This document shows, piece by piece, positions 60,954-64,000 of a DNA stretch of 64,000 nucleotides. Made by a program: the position numbers and the translations under genes. The notes under the pieces were generated by a model, which was not told the DNA's origin, did no database searches, and saw only the letters and a list, made by a program, of their open reading frames with translations. Position 1 is the stretch's first letter. Every line of letters starts with the position of its first letter. The stretch is from Candidatus Moraniibacteriota bacterium (lineage in GTDB: Bacteria; Patescibacteriota; Minisyncoccia; Moranbacterales; UBA1568), in assembly GCA_052035095.1 (NCBI GenBank), contig JBPOHW010000008.1, forward strand, positions 3,060 to 67,059. Reading direction: 5' to 3'.

Positions 60954-62291
60954 ATGAATCCCTCTATCTTCAAGGCCTACGATATCCGAGGCGTGTACGG
61001 GCAAGATTTCGACGAAGGCGACGCCTACAAGATTGGTCGAGCGACGGTTGAAGTATTGAAACTCAAAACAATCGCCCTCGGACGCGATGCGCGCGTATCA
61101 AGTCCGGCTCTTTTTGAAGCATTTGCGAAGGGCGCAAGAGAAAGCGGTGCCGACGTGATTGATTTGGGACTCCTCACGACACCGATGGTGTACTTTGCCT
61201 CGTGGACGCTCGACGTCGATGCCGCCGTCTCCATCACCGCCTCCCACAATCCGCCCGAGTACAATGGCATGAAGATTGCTCTCAAAAACGCGCTCCCCGT
61301 CGGGGAAAAGAGCGGACTCTTTGAGATTCGAGACCGCGTGATCGCGGGAACATTTGAAAATTCCGGAACAATGGGAACACTTTCGACACAAGATATCAAG
61401 CCCGCATACTACGATCACTTTTCAACATTCGCAAAACTCGGAGACAAAACATTCAAAGTGGTGATCGATACGGCAAACGCGATGGGCATCCTCGAACTTC
61501 CGATTTTCAAAATGTTCCCGAAGAATATCAAACTTGTCACGATGTATGACGACCTCGACCATCCCTTCTCGACGCACGAGGCGAATCCCCTCAAAACAGA
61601 AACGCTCGACGAGCTCCGCGAGCGCGTCATCGCCGAGCACGCCGACCTCGGTATCGCCTTCGACGGCGACGCGGACCGTGTCGGCTTTGTGGACGAAACG
61701 GGCGCGATCATTCCGATGGACCATATGACCGGCATCATCGCCAAGGAAGTGTTGAAATCACATCCGGGCGCGACTATTCTCTATGATCTCCGCTCTTCGA
61801 AAGCCGTGAAAGAGGTGATCGAAGAAGCGGGCGGGATCGCCAAGGAATGCAAGGTGGGACACGCCAATATCAAACAACAAATGCGCGATGACCAAGCGGT
61901 CTTTGCCGGCGAGCTCTCGGGTCACTACTATTTCCTCGAAAATTCCTACGCCGAAGCGGGGTCGCTCGCGGCGCTCATGATCCTCTCCGTGATGAGCGAA
62001 ACCGGACAAACTTCCTCCCAACTCGCGCACGATCTCAAGCGCTACGCGCACTCGGGAGAAATAAACAGCGAAGTCGAAAACAAAGACGAGGTACTGCAAA
62101 GGCTGGAACAAGAATATGCCGACGGAAACATTTCCCATCTCGACGGCGTGAAAATAGATTTCCCCGACTGGTGGTTCAATGTCCGCCCCTCCAACACCGA
62201 GCCACTCCTCCGCCTCAACCTCGAAGCCAACACGGAAGCGCTCATGATCGAGAAACGAGGCGAGGTGCTCGGGATTATACGGAAAAAATGA
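60954..62291 (+). CDS. manB: Phosphomannomutase/phosphoglucomutase
   Basis: FKAYDIRG, TASHNP, FDGDADR, GELSGH, RPSNTEP. Confidence 0.95.
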   Translation: MNPSIFKAYDIRGVYGQDFDEGDAYKIGRATVEVLKLKTIALGRDARVSSPALFEAFAKGARESGADVIDLGLLTTPMVYFASWTLDVDAAVSITASHNPPEYNGMKIALKNALPVGEKSGLFEIRDRVIAGTFENSGTMGTLSTQDIKPAYYDHFSTFAKLGDKTFKVVIDTANAMGILELPIFKMFPKNIKLVTMYDDLDHPFSTHEANPLKTETLDELRERVIAEHADLGIAFDGDADRVGFVDETGAIIPMDHMTGIIAKEVLKSHPGATILYDLRSSKAVKEVIEEAGGIAKECKVGHANIKQQMRDDQAVFAGELSGHYYFLENSYAEAGSLAALMILSVMSETGQTSSQLAHDLKRYAHSGEINSEVENKDEVLQRLEQEYADGNISHLDGVKIDFPDWWFNVRPSNTEPLLRLNLEANTEALMIEKRGEVLGIIRKK

Positions 62292-62710
62292 TTTTCATGC
62301 CTATGGAATTTTCTCATCCGGCAATGAATCTCCAAGAAAAAAAGCCTCTTGTTTTTACGGCACTCTCAAAAAAATATTTCTACATGAGAATGTTGATCGT
62401 AAAATACGTCCTCGAAAACGGGTACGTGCCAATCAATCCGTTTATGTCATTTGACTATTATCTTGCGGACACAGTTGAGAGAGATATCATTCGCAACGCC
62501 AACAACAACCTCGTGGCGCTCGCGGACGAACTCTGGGTATTCGGATCAATAAGTAACGGGGTTATGGCAGAAATACGGCAAGTTCAAAATATGAAAAAAC
62601 CAATTCGATTCTTTTCAATAGAGAACGATAGAGATATTTCAGAAATTTCAAGAAACAAGCTTATTTTCGAAGATGGCATGGAGGAGTTCAAAGAAGAGCT
62701 GGAAAGGTAG
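62288..62710 (+). CDS. Hypothetical protein, possible nucleoside deoxyribosyltransferase-like fold
   Basis: GYVPINP, ADELWVFG.ISNGV.AEI. Confidence 0.65.
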   Translation: MIFMPMEFSHPAMNLQEKKPLVFTALSKKYFYMRMLIVKYVLENGYVPINPFMSFDYYLADTVERDIIRNANNNLVALADELWVFGSISNGVMAEIRQVQNMKKPIRFFSIENDRDISEISRNKLIFEDGMEEFKEELER

Positions 62711-62746
62711 GGAATGAATCCGATTTCAAAACGGCAAGAACTAACT

Positions 62747-63127
62747 ATGGAGAAAGAAATTATTGCGCGACTTCATAAGAATTTTGAGGAATACGCTCAC
62801 CGAGAAGGCGATGTGGAATTTTGGTATGCGCGGGAACTTCAGCAACTTCTTGGATACGATAAGTGGAGTAATTTTGAGGGAGTTATAGAGAAAGCAAGAA
62901 CTGCCTGCGAAACCGCCAAACAAAAGGCTTCAGACCATTTTGCCGACGTCGGCAAAATGGTTGATCTTGGCTCCGGAAGCAAGCGAGAAATTCAGGACAT
63001 CATGCTCACTCGTTACGCGTGCTATCTCATCGCGCAAAACGGCGACCCTCGAAAGGACGAGATCGCGTTCGCGATGACCTATTTCGCCATTCAGACCAGA
63101 AAGCAAGAAATACGCTTCGAATATTGA
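62747..63127 (+). pseudogene. dinD: Truncated DNA damage-inducible protein D
   Basis: FWYARELQ.LLGY..W, LTRYACYLIAQNGDPRK..YFAIQTRKQE then a stop; about half the usual length. Confidence 0.75.
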
Positions 63128-63208
63128 TACAAATACAAATAGAGTTTTGCAAAAAATAAAAGACGCCAAGTGGATTCACTTGACGTCCCCTTTCAAGATT
63201 CTACGCGT

Positions 63209-63499
63209 TTACGCGTTAGTCGAATCGATTTTCAATCCATTGGCTCGAAGCGAAAGACTTTTAAAAAGCGCCTCTAAGTGAGAAAAATCTTTATAGGATT
63301 CAATGAAAGGTATCCATCCCCCGGATGTTAAGGAGAAAATTTCTATCCGGAAAAGAGCTCTCCCTCCTTGTGCATCAGGAACAAGGGAAATAGTTCCCTT
63401 CACAAATGCCCCCAAAAATGGCCCTCGACATGTCACAACTCCAAACGAACCCGCACCAGATGCATCTTGAGTTTTCCACTCTATAACATCGCTAGACAT
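63209..63499 (-). CDS. Hypothetical protein
   Basis: GAGGA RBS, 96 aa. Confidence 0.55.
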   Translation of the reverse strand: MSSDVIEWKTQDASGAGSFGVVTCRGPFLGAFVKGTISLVPDAQGGRALFRIEIFSLTSGGWIPFIESYKDFSHLEALFKSLSLRANGLKIDSTNA

Positions 63500-63629
63500 T
63501 TCGAATATCCTCTTGTTTGCGTAACAACCTATAAACCTGTGAATTACACAGGAATCAACCCTTTACTATCTATACATAGATTTACAAATAAGTCAAATAA
63601 TTTTTCTTGAGGGGATTGAAAAAATACAT

Positions 63630-64000
63630 ATGTCTCAAATATCCATCCAAAAAGTCCTTCTCGCCTCCCCGCGCGGGTTTTGCGCGGGGGTGGCGCGCGC
63701 GGTAAAGACGGTCGAGGATACGCTCGATATTTTCGGCGCGCCGGTCTATATCAAGCACGAAATCGTCCACAACAAAACCGTGGTGGAGAATTTGGAAACG
63801 CGCGGCGCGATCACCGTCGACAGCGCCGAAGAAATTCCCGAGAACGCCGTCGTCGTCTTCTCCGCGCACGGTTCGCCTCCCGAAGACTTCGAAATCGCCA
63901 GGAAGAAGAATTGCACCGTGATTGATGCAACGTGTCCTCTCGTCAACAAGGTCCACCTCGAAATGCATCGCTTCCTCAAGGACGGCTACTCGGTCGTCTA
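63630..64000 (+). CDS. ispH: 4-hydroxy-3-methylbut-2-enyl diphosphate reductase, partial
   Basis: Manual translation: LASPRGFCAGV.RA, HEIVHN, FSAHG, IDATCPLV.KVH. Confidence 0.95.
   Translation, partial: MSQISIQKVLLASPRGFCAGVARAVKTVEDTLDIFGAPVYIKHEIVHNKTVVENLETRGAITVDSAEEIPENAVVVFSAHGSPPEDFEIARKKNCTVIDATCPLVNKVHLEMHRFLKDGYSVV

Overview
64 kb of bacterial chromosome in the standard genetic code. Gene content suggests a CPR/Patescibacteria (Parcubacteria-like) genome; this is inferred, not proven. The core backbone is a type IV pilus pilC/minor pilin/pilMNO cluster, uvrA, dprA, topA, a short relA/spoT, solo groEL with a CIRCE, ychF, msrAB, manB, a partial ispH, and five intact tRNA genes. Four accessory zones interrupt it. 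(1) 1-12.5 kb: the right part of an integrative element (excisionase-like HTH, a 1262-aa nuclease/NTPase-like protein, and a Gre-kinase-radical SAM-CYTH-Gre cluster). It is followed by an integron-like array of 0.45-1.7 kb cassettes, each closed by a related site ending in CCCAGC that resembles a tRNA 3' end and, on the minus strand, reads as a recombinase-like C-terminal tail. (2) 16.6-19.6 kb: an integrase-free island (XRE, OLD-family nuclease, membrane protein) between tRNA-Asp and a site of the same family whose core matches tRNA-Asp. (3) tRNA(CAT) clusters with relic copies carrying precise 20-nt palindrome insertions and a GIY-YIG gene. (4) 54.2-59.4 kb: stacked cassettes upstream of ychF, delimited by copies of the ychF 5' end, including a prokaryotic ubiquitin (E2-JAB-E1-Ubl) operon with a truncated E2. 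All calls are from motif recognition by eye; no searches were run.
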